Shown: positions 49,269-62,073, counted from the first letter of the stretch. The stretch: DNA of 64,000 nucleotides from Octopus sinensis (GCF_006345805.1 NC_042999.1:124186001-124250000); one strand, 5' to 3'. Made by a program: numbers and translations. The notes: generated by a model from the sequence alone, not told the origin.

Positions 49269-49559
49269 CGACACATACATACACCCAGATTGAATCGCAC
49301 TTACACATATGCACCACACCTACAGACATACACATGCACATGCACATGCACACATATACTCACATACTTTTATATATATAGATATCTACTCTACTACCCT
49401 GGCACGGAATATGAATAGAACTTCTTATGAATGGGTAACTGAGCTGCTGATTTTCAAGTAGATATATAGTTGTCAGAGAAATGGATAAATTAATTGAGAT
49501 AGTCAGAGTATATTATAAAATATGTGATAGCTACTGGAAATATGACAACAACAGTGATC

Positions 49560-50380
49560 TCTGCATTTGTATTGCAATCATGACTGGTTGGTGTACAAAA
49601 GAACCATTTCTATAAAGCCCACATGCAGACATGTTTTTCCTCAATCTAGTGACAGGGAATTAAGCATCAGCATGTCTTTATGATCCAAACACAAAGTTTC
49701 AGTTTATGGAAGGGTGGCATATCTTTTCTCCAAGGCCCTAGAAGTTCAAAATCCAGTGATTAACACAGAAAGTCATCGTGGCTGCTTTGGGAGATGATGA
49801 GAGCATGATCCTTCCTTGATTTTTTGGAATGTGGCTGTATCCTAAACAGTGAGCAGTACATTGAGACACTCAAAATACTTAGAGATGCTATTAGAAGGAA
49901 GAGACCAACCCAAAATCTGAAAACAACCCACATTCAATAAAACTTGCACTTCATTTGTTATGATAATTAGGAATCCAGTTGGTCTGATAAACAGAACAGC
50001 CTCCTCTTAAAATAAGTGTGTAAGCAGCTGAGTACACCACAGACACACATATCCTTAACGTAGTTCTCAAGGAAATTTAGTATGACACATGGCTAACTCT
50101 TTGCAATACAGGTACTACACATTTTTGCCGACTGATTGAACTGGAGCAACATGAAATAAAGCATCTTGCTCAAGGACACAATACAACATCACGAATTGAA
50201 CCCATGAGCCTATGATATTGAGCTGAGTACCTTAACCACTAAACCATGCACCTTCATCTATATTCAACATGACAATGCATGACTTCACATTTTGACTACA
50301 AATCAGGCAATCTACAAAGAGGGCTAGCCTGTGGGTCCCCATCCACTATAATGATTATAAACCTTCTGATGCTTACATAA
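49560..50380 (+). pseudogene. Degenerate mariner transposase, split by SINE C
   Basis: KFKIQ..KVIVAALGD, NSEQYIETLKILRDAIRRKRP (49740-49905); after the SINE, QHDNA and PHP..PSD-like motifs (50265-50370). Confidence 0.7.
49965..50256 (-). mobile_element. SINE family C (full length)
   Basis: Ends CTTAACCACTAAACCATGCACCTTC (tRNA head rc); CTTGCTCAAGGACACAA core. Confidence 0.8.
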
Positions 50381-50539
50381 CATATTTATGATAATTGCTT
50401 TGAATTGCTTATCTGTTATATTGTTACTATTGTTACTTCCACTGCCCTTTGATACAAAGAGCTTCTACAAGTTTCTAATTCAGCTTATTTCCAATCAGGA
50501 TCTATTTTTTCAGAGCCAATGGAATGCAAAGCATTGGAA

Positions 50540-50920
50540 TACAACACTTCGCCAATATCTCCTTCGAGTAAAACCACTAACAGAAGAGAATATGACTAAG
50601 AACTGCATGTACACCATCCCATGTAGCTGTGGTAGGTTATACAAAGGCAAAACATGCTGCCCCCTCAAAATAAGATTAGAGGAACATCACAAAGCTTTGA
50701 CACAGGTAGATATTGATAAATCTGGTATAGCTGATCATGTATAGAAAAGGGAAACCACCTCCGCCTGTGGGATGAAGTTAAAATAATAGACAGAGAACAC
50801 CACTGGAAAATACAAAAACTAAAAGAAGCAGCACATATGCTAGGACACCACAACCTCCTAAGCAGACCGAGTGCAGATATGAGTAGCATATGGGAACAGG
50901 TATTAAGGGAGGCTAGGAAA
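50540..50920 (+). pseudogene. Penelope-like element C-terminal GIY-YIG endonuclease (stop and frameshift at ~50742)
   Basis: NCMYTIPCSCGRLYKGKT..LKIRLEEH..KSGIADHV; WDEVKIIDREHHWKIQKLKEAAHM. Confidence 0.9.
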
Positions 50921-50965
50921 ATATTAGATTTTTTAGGCCTTTATATTCACTCCATAATTGCCCAT

Positions 50966-51030
50966 GGGCATATGGCATAGTGGTTAAGAGTGTGGGCTAC
51001 TAACCCCAAGATTCCGATTCCAGGCAGTGA

Positions 51031-51033
<3 letters not shown>
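50966..51033 (+). other. tRNA-like (Pol III promoter-like) sequence, not a functional tRNA
   Basis: A-box TGGCATAGTGG, anticodon-like arm TGGG-CTACTAA-CCCC, AAGATTCC resembling tRNA-Arg variable/T region; B-box reduced to GATTCC. Confidence 0.7.
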
Positions 51034-51065
<32 letters not shown>

Positions 51066-51136
51066 GTAATAATAATAATACTAACAACATCGGAAAATAC
51101 TTTAGGAATGAGAACCTAGGTTTGAAATTTCCCCAA

Positions 51137-51179
51137 GACACCTGATGAAGGCTGGAGGGTATATCAGCCGAAATGTGTT
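51137..51179 (+). ncRNA. Degenerate minimal type I hammerhead ribozyme
   Basis: Stem I GACAC/GTGTT, core CTGATGA (51142-51148), stem II GGCTG/CAGCC, GAAA (51170-51173); stem III reduced to one T. Confidence 0.65.
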
Positions 51180-51512
51180 AACAACAAACAAGATGAGGAC
51201 AAATATTTGTCAATTGTAAATAATGTAAATAATGTACATAATTCCTCATCTCTTAAATATAGAACTGTATTAAGTTATATGTTGGTCTGTATGCCACGTC
51301 TGACATCAATATCGTTGAGCTTTGCAGCAATTTTCTTCTTTTTCCACTGTAATGTTCTCAGCAAATGAGGCTTTGGTCCTCTACTCTCTCTAACATCAAG
51401 GAATGTCTGTTGTGCTGCTTGACTACAACCAAAGCATATGACCCTCTCCCATATTTCTTCATCTTTATATGAGACTTTTGTTGTCTTGAAATACATCATT
51501 TCTTACATAATC

Positions 51513-51888
51513 AGGCTGGGTTGTGTGTTAAGAAATTTGCTTTCCAACTACATGCCTCTGGGTTCAGTCCCCACTACATGGCACCTTGGACAAGTGCTTT
51601 CTACAATAGCCTGGGGCTGACCAAAGCCTTGTAATTGGATTTCATCAACAGAAACTAAAAGAAGCTCATATGAGTGGTGGATGTGTGTGTGTGTGTGTGT
51701 GTGGCAGGCAGCATGGGGGCATGATTCCCTGTATTGAGACTATGTAGTTGTTGTGAACAAGCAGTACCATTATACAAAAGTTGTCCTTCATTTCCAATCT
51801 TCTCGAAAAATATGTCCAGTTATGGGGGAATATTTATTATCTTGCTTGGAAACAAATGAGAGTTGGTGACAGGATGAACGTCAACAAC

Positions 51889-51890
<2 letters not shown>
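51513..51890 (+). mobile_element. Old SINE with family A head and RTE-type tail
   Basis: GGGTTCAGTCCC..GGCACCTTGGACAAGTG head; ends GTTGGTGACAGGA..GAACGTCAACAACGATGATGAT. Confidence 0.7.
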
Positions 51891-51982
<92 letters not shown>

Positions 51983-52008
51983 ACGGTGATGATGATAATG
52001 ATGATGAT
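51888..52008. repeat. (GAT)n(GAC)n(GGC)n microsatellite, expanded retroelement tail
   Basis: Directly visible; begins at the SINE tail. Confidence 0.95.
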
Positions 52009-53559
52009 TTATATACACATATATATGTGTTCATTCATGCATGTTTAAAAACTGATTTCTATGGTTTGCTTAGTTACTTCGTTTACCTTGTATTTAGTCT
52101 CTTTATCATTTTATAATAATTCTGCTTGTCATTGCATTACTGAGCCCATTGGTGATACTTTCATGTGATTAGAGAAAAAGAGGGAGAGAGAAAAAGCGGG
52201 AAAGAGTAAAAGAGGGAGAGAGAAGCATCCATGACATGAGGTAGAGGGAATGTAATTGTAATGCTTTCATGTGATTAGTTGAAGGGAAAGAGAGGAGAAA
52301 GAAAAAGAGGATAAGGCGAAAAGTGAGAAAGAAAGAGAGAGAAAAAGACGGAGAGAAAAGTGTCCATGATGTGAGGTGGGGGGAATGTAATAATTTTAGC
52401 AGAGGGGAGATGTTCTGATGGTGAGGTTAAAAAAAAGGCAGAGAGAGAGGAGTGAGACAGAGAAAGGGAAAGGGGGGAGAGAAAGAGGAGAGAGGAGGTA
52501 GAGAGAGATGGTGGTAGTGGTGGTGGAGATGGTGATGGTGACAATGGAGGTGGTGATTGGACAGTGAAAAGTGTACTTGTTTTTAATTGAACTCAGTTTT
52601 TTCTATCACCTATCACTCAACGCACATGCATAAGTACAATTCCATGAAATATATATGCTTATTTATGTGGCAGATAAATGCAATTTCAAATTTCATTAAA
52701 GGTTGTATCATATGTATGGGTTTTGTCTTTTTGTTTATAGGAAAAATGGTAATATAAGAGTGAGTATTTTGTGAGTGCTCTGTATTAAGTCTATAAATTG
52801 TGCATAAAGTATATAAAGTGTATATAAAAAATGCATTAAATAATCATTGTATTCCAATTTCCTTCACTTTTCAATGATTAGCAGATGAGCAACTATCTTT
52901 CCATACAGATGCAACACGGACTATGTTTTCAGGTTTTTGGGATAAAGTTTTCAGGAATAACCCAATAGGTTTACCATTAATTTTGTGAAATATGTTGGGT
53001 TTAGCTTGGAGAAACTTGGTTTGTCCATTCCTTAACCAAAAAAGTAAATAAATAAATAAGATAACAGATAAATAATAATAAAATTAAATTAGAGCTTCTT
53101 GTTCTTTTTACAATAACAAAATACTGCAGCATCTCTCTGTTGGAATTAAATTTAGCATAAAGAGGTATTGACAATTCCGCTAGTATATTTCTGATAAATA
53201 TACCTAGCAAAGATGAAGATAAAGCTGTTAATATTATTACAAGAGAAATATGTTACATAGAAATAAAATTTCTCTCACCCAAGAAGTTGACTTTCAAGGT
53301 AAAAGTTGAATATTAAAAATGAAAAGAAAAGCAAAATTTACCCTTAAAATATTTGTGTTTAAATCAATATGCTTTTATTTCTTTTTAAAATCTTATTGTT
53401 GTTTTTTGTTCATTCATTCATTCATTCAGTCTTCTTCTTCTTCTTCTCCTTCTTCTTCTCATAACCAATATTTTGTTGTGACAAACTAAAGGCAAACCAT
53501 ATTAAACTGACTGTTTGTTTTAGTTTTAATTCTTATGGAATGTAAACAGTAACACATTC

Positions 53560-53718
53560 ATATATATGTGCATGTGTGTATGTTTATATATGTATATCTC
53601 TCTCTATATATATATGTATATATATATATGTGTGTATATATGTATGTATGTATGTATGTATGTGTATGTATGTATGTATGTATGTATGTATGCATGCATG
53701 TATGTATGCCTGCATGTA

Positions 53719-53749
<31 letters not shown>

Positions 53750-53970
53750 ATGTATGTATGTATGCATGCATGTATGTATGCCTGCATGTATGTATGTGTG
53801 TGTGTATGTATGTATGCATGCATGCATGTATGTGTGTATATATGTATGTATGTATGTATGCATGCATGTATGTATGAATGTATGTATGCCTGCATGTATG
53901 TATGTGTGTGTGTATGTATGTATGCATGCATGCATGTATGTGTGTGTGTATGTATGTATGTATATGTGTT
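53560..53970. repeat. Compound microsatellite with higher-order ~60-70-bp units
   Basis: GTATGCCTGCATGTATG recurs at ~53704, ~53776, ~53884. Confidence 0.9.
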
Positions 53971-54807
53971 TACGGAAAATGAAGCCAAATTTTACATAAA
54001 TGTGTTATTCAAATTTATATTAACAATCATGTGTAGAGTTTTTGCTGTTTTTTTTACTTAACTCTGTATATATGTATACGATCTGTTAATTTTCTTTTAT
54101 GCTTAGCGCATGTGCATGTGCATGTGTGTGTTTGTGTTTTTTTTATTAAATAACAATTATTGCTATGGTATAAGTGTAAAAAGCAAAATAAAATGTTGAC
54201 AAGAATATCTTAAAAACTTTCTTAAATTTTTTGGGGCTTTTTTTTTATTCTGCTTTTTGTTATTCATTTTATAAACTTTGAACAATAATTCCCACGAAAA
54301 GAAGAAATAAAAGGAGAAGAAGAACAAGAAAAAAAACTAGCAAGAAAAAGAGATTTGAGATGAAAAATGGATTGTAACTGTTGAATTCTTCTAAGCTTCC
54401 AAACTAAATACTCTGCTCTCAACAACAAATCAATATTACTTTGAGAACCTGCTCTACTGGATCAATAAATCGATAGTATCAAGAAATTGCTGTATGCCAT
54501 ACTCAAAGGGTATACCCGCAGGGTTAGTTTTACTAAAGCATTCATCTTAGATATAGCTATGTATTTCTGTCTTCTTTATATTGTTTTGTTTATATTTTGT
54601 TTTCATGTATTTATTTTTTTAACAATTTGTTTTCAGTGGATAGGTTTCATTTCTGTATTTTAGTATATAAATATGCATAGTTCTGTATATGTGCGTGTGT
54701 GTGTGAGTGTTTGTATGTAAGTGTGTGTATACATATACATATGCATATGTGTGTGTGTGTATGCATATATATATACATACATGTATATATATATGTGTGT
54801 GTATATC

Positions 54808-54841
<34 letters not shown>

Positions 54842-55497
54842 AATATACACACACACGTATATATGCATATATATATATATGTACATATATAATAAATATA
54901 TATACGTATATAAAATTCATGTATTTGTGTATAAAATATTACACACACCCACATCCATACCTATATATGCATATACATTTGTATATTAATTAGTATATTA
55001 TACGCATATGTGTGTGTGTGTGTGTCTAATTTTATGTCTGCATGTTAATGTAATTTTATATTATGCATTCACATGTATATATACTCAAGTATGTATTAAA
55101 CAGTCATAATTTTGCCCAATTACCCATTATACATATATTCATATGCTTATGCATTTCTATGAATATTGAAATGTGTAATTCTCCATATGCATTTATGTGC
55201 ATACATATTTGTTGTGCATAATGTTGTTTGTTTTCTTTTTGTCAATGTACTTGTATAGAAATTGCAAGCTCAGATGTTTCTGATTATCAGTACAGATTTA
55301 CTAATATTTGGGCACATGCCTGCATATGTATTAGTGCACGGTTGTATTTTAAGTATTGAATGAATATGGATGTGATTGTCTACACCTGATGGAAGATATT
55401 CTCTCTCACCCCCCCCCCATCACATACACTGATCCATGCAAACATACATATACAAATACACATATATATATTATATACATATATATGTATATGTGTA

Positions 55498-55545
<48 letters not shown>

Positions 55546-55569
55546 TATATATATATGCATACACATATA

Positions 55570-55701
<132 letters not shown>

Positions 55702-55702
55702 C

Positions 55703-55733
<31 letters not shown>

Positions 55734-55735
55734 CA

Positions 55736-56020
55736 TGACATGGAGAAAGCCTTCGACAGGGTTCCCCCGATCCCTTATCTGGTGGGCAATGAGAAAACTA
55801 GGGATAGATGAATGGTTAGTGAGAGCTGTGCGGGCCATGTATAGGGACGCCGCTAGTAGGGTGAGGGTTGGAAATGAGTACAGTGAAGAATTCCGGGTAG
55901 AGGTAGGGGTCCACCAAGGCTCAGTACTCAGCCCCCTCCTATTTATCATAGTCCTCCAGGCAATAACGGAGGAATTCAAGACAGGATGCGCTTGGGAGCT
56001 CCTCTATGCTGATGACCTTG
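55736..56020 (+). mobile_element. Young RTE RT fragment running into assembly gap
   Basis: GACATGGAGAAAGCCTTCGACAGG...[10 protein letters not shown]...LYADDL, starts directly in a (TA)n tract. Confidence 0.95.
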
Positions 56021-56120
56021 NNNNNNNNNNNNNNNNNNNNNNNNNNNNNNNNNNNNNNNNNNNNNNNNNNNNNNNNNNNNNNNNNNNNNNNNNNNNNNNN
56101 NNNNNNNNNNNNNNNNNNNN
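56021..56120. other. Assembly gap (100 N)
   Basis: Run of N. Confidence 1.
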
Positions 56121-56144
56121 ATGTCTTCTATACTAGATAGCTAA

Positions 56145-56960
56145 TCAGGAAAACAGGACATATAAGAATAAGAATGAAATGGAAATCATTCCTTGTTGAC
56201 AAAGGGCATCTAATTCTTCTGCAGAGGACAATCTCAGGTTTAAGTCAAGTAAAAATCCCTGACTCATAAAAGACTTAGAAAGATTTGTGCTAGACTTAAT
56301 TAGACTTGTGAAAAGTGTAAGATTTAACAAAAGAATGAATAAATTTTAGAACATACTAGAGATGTCTCTACACCACCTTCATAAGTTTAATAATATATTT
56401 GTAAAAGTAGACAAGACTAAAACCATATATGAGTCTGACAGGCAGCCTTTTACTAAATTGCTATCAGACAACATTACAAAAACCTATAAAAAGAGCAATC
56501 CTAGAATGTACAGTGTAGTTCACAATAAGCAAAATACATAGCTGCAAAATTTAATTTAGCTGACTTAATACAAGCAATCCATTTGTGTCTTCAAAGGATC
56601 ACAAGGAAAACTTCACCCACAATTCTAGCTGCAGAGTAATAAACTTTATGAAAAGTGAATTAGGTATTGTAAGCAAGAGAATACTAGATTCTACTATCTT
56701 ATAAATTAGGTCAGCCTCTAATATTACACAATGGATATGTAGCAGTGCTACAGTTGAGTCATTTGACTGTATAGCTGATAAATCGAACTGCAGATTTATA
56801 TAGTTTCACATTGTAGAATTCAACTCATTGATTTCTTAAAATCTACTGCATGTCACTATTACATTGGTAATAAGATGGGAAAAGACTGTTGATCTAATAG
56901 GCCCCTATGTTTTATGCAAGCTTAGAAAGAAATAGAAAAGGCCAGCATAAGACTCTATGA
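56145..56960 (+). pseudogene. Penelope-like element RT N-terminal relic
   Basis: VKVDKTKTIY..KLLSDNITKTYKK, FKGSQ/KDHKENF, CRVINFMKSELGIVSKRILD, QW, CRFI.FHIVEF match PLE RT motifs; multiple stops. Confidence 0.8.
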
Positions 56961-57087
56961 AAACAAGAGTGGAATAGTGCAACAATAGAAATGGGTATGA
57001 TATGGGCAATATCAGAGAGAAACCCATTAGTGCATTCAGTTAATTACATTTTGAAATTTGAAAGAAAATATTACCTAAACAGACAAT

Positions 57088-57250
57088 GAGGCATGGCCAT
57101 GTGGTAAGAAGTTTGCTTCCCAACCACATGGCTCTAGATTCAGTCCCACTGTATGGCATCTTGGACAAATGTCTTCTACTATAGCCCCAGGCCAACCAAA
57201 GCCTTGTTAATGGATTTATCAGGCAGAAACTGAAAGAAGCCCATTGTGTG
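57088..57250 (+). mobile_element. SINE family A, 5' half
   Basis: GGCATGGCCATGTGGTAAG...AAACTGAAAGAAGCCC. Confidence 0.85.
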
Positions 57251-57357
57251 CATATATACATGCAGATGGATGCTGTGATTGACCAAAAGACACCTAGGGC
57301 ATCAGAATGGGATTCTGACAATAAGTTACATTATTATTATTATTATTATTATTATTA

Positions 57358-57418
<61 letters not shown>

Positions 57419-57890
57419 AGGTGGTGAGCTGGCAGAACTGTTAGCATGCTCGACAAAATGTTTAACAGCATTTCGTCCATCCTTATGCTCTGTGTTCAAA
57501 TTCCACTGAGGTCAACTTTGCCTTTCATCTTCTAAGGTGTTGATGAAATAAGTCCCAGTTATGCACTGGGGCCAATATAACTGAGTAATCTCCTCCACCC
57601 AAACTTCAGGCCTTAAGCCTATAGTAGAAAGGATTATTATCATTATTGTTATTTTTATCATCATCACCATTATTATTATTATTATTGTTATTATTATTAT
57701 TATCATTATTAGTGGTATTTCGTCCATCTGCATATTTTGAGTTCGAATTCTAAGTTCAAATTTTGCTGAGGTCGACTTTGTCTTTCGTCCTTTCAGAGTC
57801 AATAAATTAAGTACCAGTTGTGTACTGGGGTTGATCTAATCGACTGGCCTCCTCCCCAAAAATTTTAGGCCTTGTGCCTAGAGTAGAAAA
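57419..57890 (+). mobile_element. Two tandem SINE family B copies in (ATT)n tracts (57419-57635, 57710-57890)
   Basis: GGTGGTGAGCTGGCAGAAC head; two GTTCAAATT..GAGGTC(A/G)ACTTTG..TCCT domains. Confidence 0.88.
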
Positions 57891-58145
57891 GATTATAATT
57901 ATTATTTCTTTTCATTATTATTATCATTATTATATTTTGAAGGATTGACGTAACTGTTCACAAAGATAAACAGACAATACAAAGAGCATGATGCAATTGC
58001 AATAGATAACCAATAAAATATCTATTGCAATCACATTGCATTCTTCATATTGTCTATTATTATTATCATTATTATTATCATTATTATTATTATCATTGTT
58101 GTTATTATAATAGAAAGTAGGCAGCATCATGCTCTTCATATTGTC

Positions 58146-58181
<36 letters not shown>

Positions 58182-58199
58182 GATTATTATCATCATCAT

Positions 58200-58442
58200 T
58201 CTTTCATAACACAGTGTAGGTAAAAATGCACCAGAGTTTTAGTCATCTGTCAAGTCACAACAAGGACCTCAGACAATAATACTTTCCTTAAGACGTGTGC
58301 TGTGCCCAATAAGGATGCTTTTTGCAAGACATCAATCTTGCATGGGATTTCCAATTGCCTTAAGAAATTTTGAAGTTTCAATGGGATTGAACCCAAAGCT
58401 CTGACCACCACTGGTATCACTTTTACATTACTTTCTCGCATT
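58200..58442 (-). mobile_element. 3' end of R4/Dong-like RLE LINE (family 2)
   Basis: KVIPVVVRALGSIP..LQKASLLGTAHVLRKVL; GAGGTCCTTGTTGTGACTTG near the end; tail runs into (AAT)n on the minus strand. Confidence 0.85.
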
Positions 58443-59700
58443 CCTGAAAAACTCTGATGACTGGATGCTAAAATTTGACTTAAAGCATGAAAATAAGAAA
58501 ACATCATACTCAGTAACAAAAGAAACAAAGAAATATCTAAGTGAATTCCAAATACTACAAATCTCAGAATAAGATGTACTGGAAACAAGCTCAGTGAAAG
58601 CTAAGTGTATGAAAACCCATGCTAAAACTGCTGCCTTAGATATTCTAACTGACAAATGGCAAGAAAAACCTCTCAATAGCAAATACCCAAAGAGAGCTAA
58701 TAATGGCAATGTTGACAAAGCTCTTACCCATCAATGGTTGGTGTCTTCTGACTTAAAATTAGAGACAAATCAGCCCAAGATCAGCCTACCTACAAGAAGC
58801 TACCAGGCCAACATCTTAAAGAAAGGCAGTAGCCCAACATGTGTATGTGAACAACAAAATGAAACCATCGATCATGTAGTGTTCATGTGCAGTCTTCTTG
58901 CACTTACACAGTATCTCAACAGGCATGATAGAGCAACTCAGTATATTCACTGGGTAATTTGCAAAAACTTGGACCTGCCCCATGATAAAAACTGGTGGGA
59001 ACACAAACCAACTTCAGTGCTTGAAAATTACCACATCTCACTCCTTCAACATTCAAACTGACAGAAAGATAAATGCAAATAGGCCAGACATTATATTGAA
59101 GGATTTCAGACAAAAATTATGCTTTATCATCGATATGACTGTCCCAATTGACATAAATGCATCTGTCAAGGCCTACCAAAAATTAAGCAAGTATAAAGAT
59201 CTTGAAATAGAAATTGGCAAAATGTGGAACCTGAAGACTAAAACAATACCTGTTGTCATAGATGCCCTAGGAATGATGGCTAATTTCTACCTAGTTCAAA
59301 TACCAGGAAATCCAAAAACAGAAGAAATTCAAAAGATAGTGCTCATGGGAACTGCTCATATCTTACATAAAATATTGTCTATGTAATCTCAAAAATATTT
59401 TAATCTGTAAACAATGTCAAAATACTTTTAAATGTACATAACAAATGCTTTTTACTGTCATCTTAACATCTGACTATCTTATAATAAAATTACTTTTAAA
59501 TCAAACTTCTAATTTACTTATGATTTCACAGACATTCTCTAGAACAATACTCAGTGCAAAACCAAATATTTGGCTCCCTAGTCATAACACCAACTTGAAC
59601 CTCTAACTTGTTGTCTCTTGAGGTCTTTGGGTGAGACTTGGAGTTGACTTGTACAAATACGAAGCAAAAGCCAAACATGTATTATTAATAATAGTAATAA
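58443..59700 (+). mobile_element. 5'-truncated R4/Dong-like RLE LINE (family 1), frameshifted
   Basis: WQEKPL, C..C..ETIDHVV..C..YLNRHD zinc knuckle, NRPDII..IIDMTVP..K..KYKDL RLE motif, QKIVLMGTAHIL; (AAT)n tail. Confidence 0.92.
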
Positions 59701-59910
59701 TGGTTTCAAATTTTGGTACAAGGTCAGCAATGTTAGGGTGTAGGTGAGACTAAGTCAATCACATCGACTCCAGTACACAACTGGTACTTACTTTATCAAC
59801 CCAGAAAGGATGAAAGTCAACCCTGGTGGAATATGAGCTCAACATAAAGTTGGACGAAATGCTGCTTAGCAATTTTTCCAGTGTGTTAATGATTCTGCTA
59901 GCTCACCACC
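59701..59910 (-). mobile_element. SINE family B
   Basis: CTGGTACTTACTTTATCAACCCAGAAAGGATGAAAG...TTCTGCTAGCTCACCACC. Confidence 0.85.
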
Positions 59911-60959
59911 TAAATAATAATAATAATAATAATAATAATATATATAATAATAATAATAATAATAATATAATAATAATAACAAATGATAAATGAGAGTGAC
60001 ACTGAGATTTTACAGTCACAATAACACCATGAAAAAATGCATAAATCAATGACAGGATCACGTTTTTCAAGATCTTATGAAAATGAGCTTTCCTATACGT
60101 CAAAAATTCTTTTTTAGATGCAATCTGAATCTGCGTTTGTATGGTGGCTGTGCCACATATCTGATCAATGAACAGTATTCTCACTCAAACATATTTGGGA
60201 CTTAAAAAAGGATTATAATTTGTCCAATGTGAAGTACATATGTGTTTTGTCATGAACATTACACAAAACATCATGAAACATGCCGTTGCACTGCAAAGGA
60301 TGAAAATCCTCCATCAAATATATATTGTTAAATGGAACATGTATGTGGATGGTGAGGCTTTGTGTAGTATTCCTGTGTCAGGAGAATGGAATGATTCTTT
60401 CAGTTGTGTTGTATCTTTTTACAATTTTGAGTGACTATATACATATTTGGTTGCACACTATGATGCCTGCATCTGAAATGTCAGGTTACTCTTTAGAATG
60501 GTATTATCAAATTTGAAGTAATAATAATTAGATGTGACAAAAGTTAATGTGCACAATTTTAACAATATTTAGAATATATACTCTATATTTTAGAAACCTT
60601 TTAACACTATTTCGTTTCTAACCAGGTATAATGAAACACAAATCTAGTAAATGTGAAATGTTTTATATTGCATATTGTTTATATTGATATAAGGATATAT
60701 GGCACTATTATCATCATATATTTCTCTCTTTCTTTTAGATAAGTTTTGGTAGTGATTTCAATTATTGAAAGCAATCATCAAATATCTGTTTAAGATATTT
60801 CAAGTGTCATAAACATCTGCATGGGTTCAATATAGAAATGTAGAAATCAGAAAGCTATGCTCAAAGTTTCTCCCTTGGCTATTGGAAAGAGAAATTGCTG
60901 AGTACAGAGGACTTGTTGCTTGTCAGATCAATTTATAACTTAAGGAAGAATTTGGCAAA

Positions 60960-61650
60960 TGTTTAGTACCAAGTTTAGTAACATTGAAAGAAATTCCACT
61001 GAGCTTATTTCTTTCCAAAACAAAGTGTGATGCAGGTTAATGGAAATTCTGTCATGGTAAAATATTTTTGAAGAACTGAAGAGACACCTTGCAAAGAAAA
61101 TCAATGGTGTTTTCCATTTGATAATAGAGAAATGCATTTTCCTGTTGGCATTCATAGACAAAGGCATTGTAATCAATGCAGAGTAATTCAGGAAAAGAGT
61201 GGGGAAATGTATGAGAATGTTAAAAGAAATTGTATTTTCTTATACAACAATGCCCCCAATACATACTTTGGATACATTGTCATCAATAATTGAAGAATTA
61301 GCAACTAAAACTCTTGAACATCAGCCTAAACTATATTCCAACTAGTTTTGTCTATTCAAATATCTGAAGTGGTACTCAAAAGGTCAAAATTTTCAAATTC
61401 TATTGAAAATTGTATTTTGAAAATCAACTGTCTGACTTCTTTTAAACATTAAATGAATGAATTGATAAAGAAACAGAAGAAATCATTATTGAAAAATCAA
61501 AGCAATACATGATAGTAATCAGTATTAATATCTTACATTTGTTTTCCTACTTAATAGTTGTTTTGTCTTTTTGTATCATAGTTGTTATATCTCAATGCAT
61601 CTTTACCAGTTTCCTCTTGATTAGCAGCATACTTTATGAACCTTCAGTAG
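60960..61650 (+). pseudogene. Very degenerate mariner-like relic
   Basis: YNNAP..H (HDNA-like), LEHQP, FCLFKYLK..KGQNF motifs; TIR-like CATACTTTATGAACCTTCAGTA. Confidence 0.4.
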
Positions 61651-61744
61651 GTATCCATGTCAGTATCAGGATTATTTGTGAATGAGATCCATTCCAAGTT
61701 CCAGGATAACATGGAATTTAATACTGGTTTTGTGTCTTGCTTTC

Positions 61745-62073
61745 ACTCTTTTACTTGTTTCAGTCATTTGACTGTGGCCATGCTGGAGCACCGCCTTTAG
61801 TTGAGCAAATTGACCCCAGGACTTATTCTTTGTAAGCCTAGTACTTATTCTATTGGTCTCTTTTGCTCAACCGCTAAGTTACGGGGACAAACACAGACAC
61901 ACACACACACATATATACGATGGGCTTTTTTCAGTTTCTGTCTACCAAATCCACTCACAAGGCTTTGGTTGGCCTGAGGCTGTAGTAGAAGACACTTGCC
62001 CAAGGTTCCATGCAGTGGGACTGAACCCAGAACCAGGTGGTTGGAAAGCAAGCTACTTACCACACAGCCACTC
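61745..62073 (-). mobile_element. SINE family A (5' half duplicated at 62725-62890; diverged copy 63570-63690)
   Basis: Reverse complement of the family A pattern. Confidence 0.92.

Noticed and set aside
50966-51033. Functional tRNA gene
   Set aside because: T-loop/B-box deleted and acceptor stem does not pair
51781-52116. Poly-Asp ORF
   Set aside because: Expanded (GAT/GAC)n tail of a SINE
60220-60330. Cys/His-rich zinc-finger-like stretch
   Set aside because: Motif requires frame switching and cannot be assigned to a family
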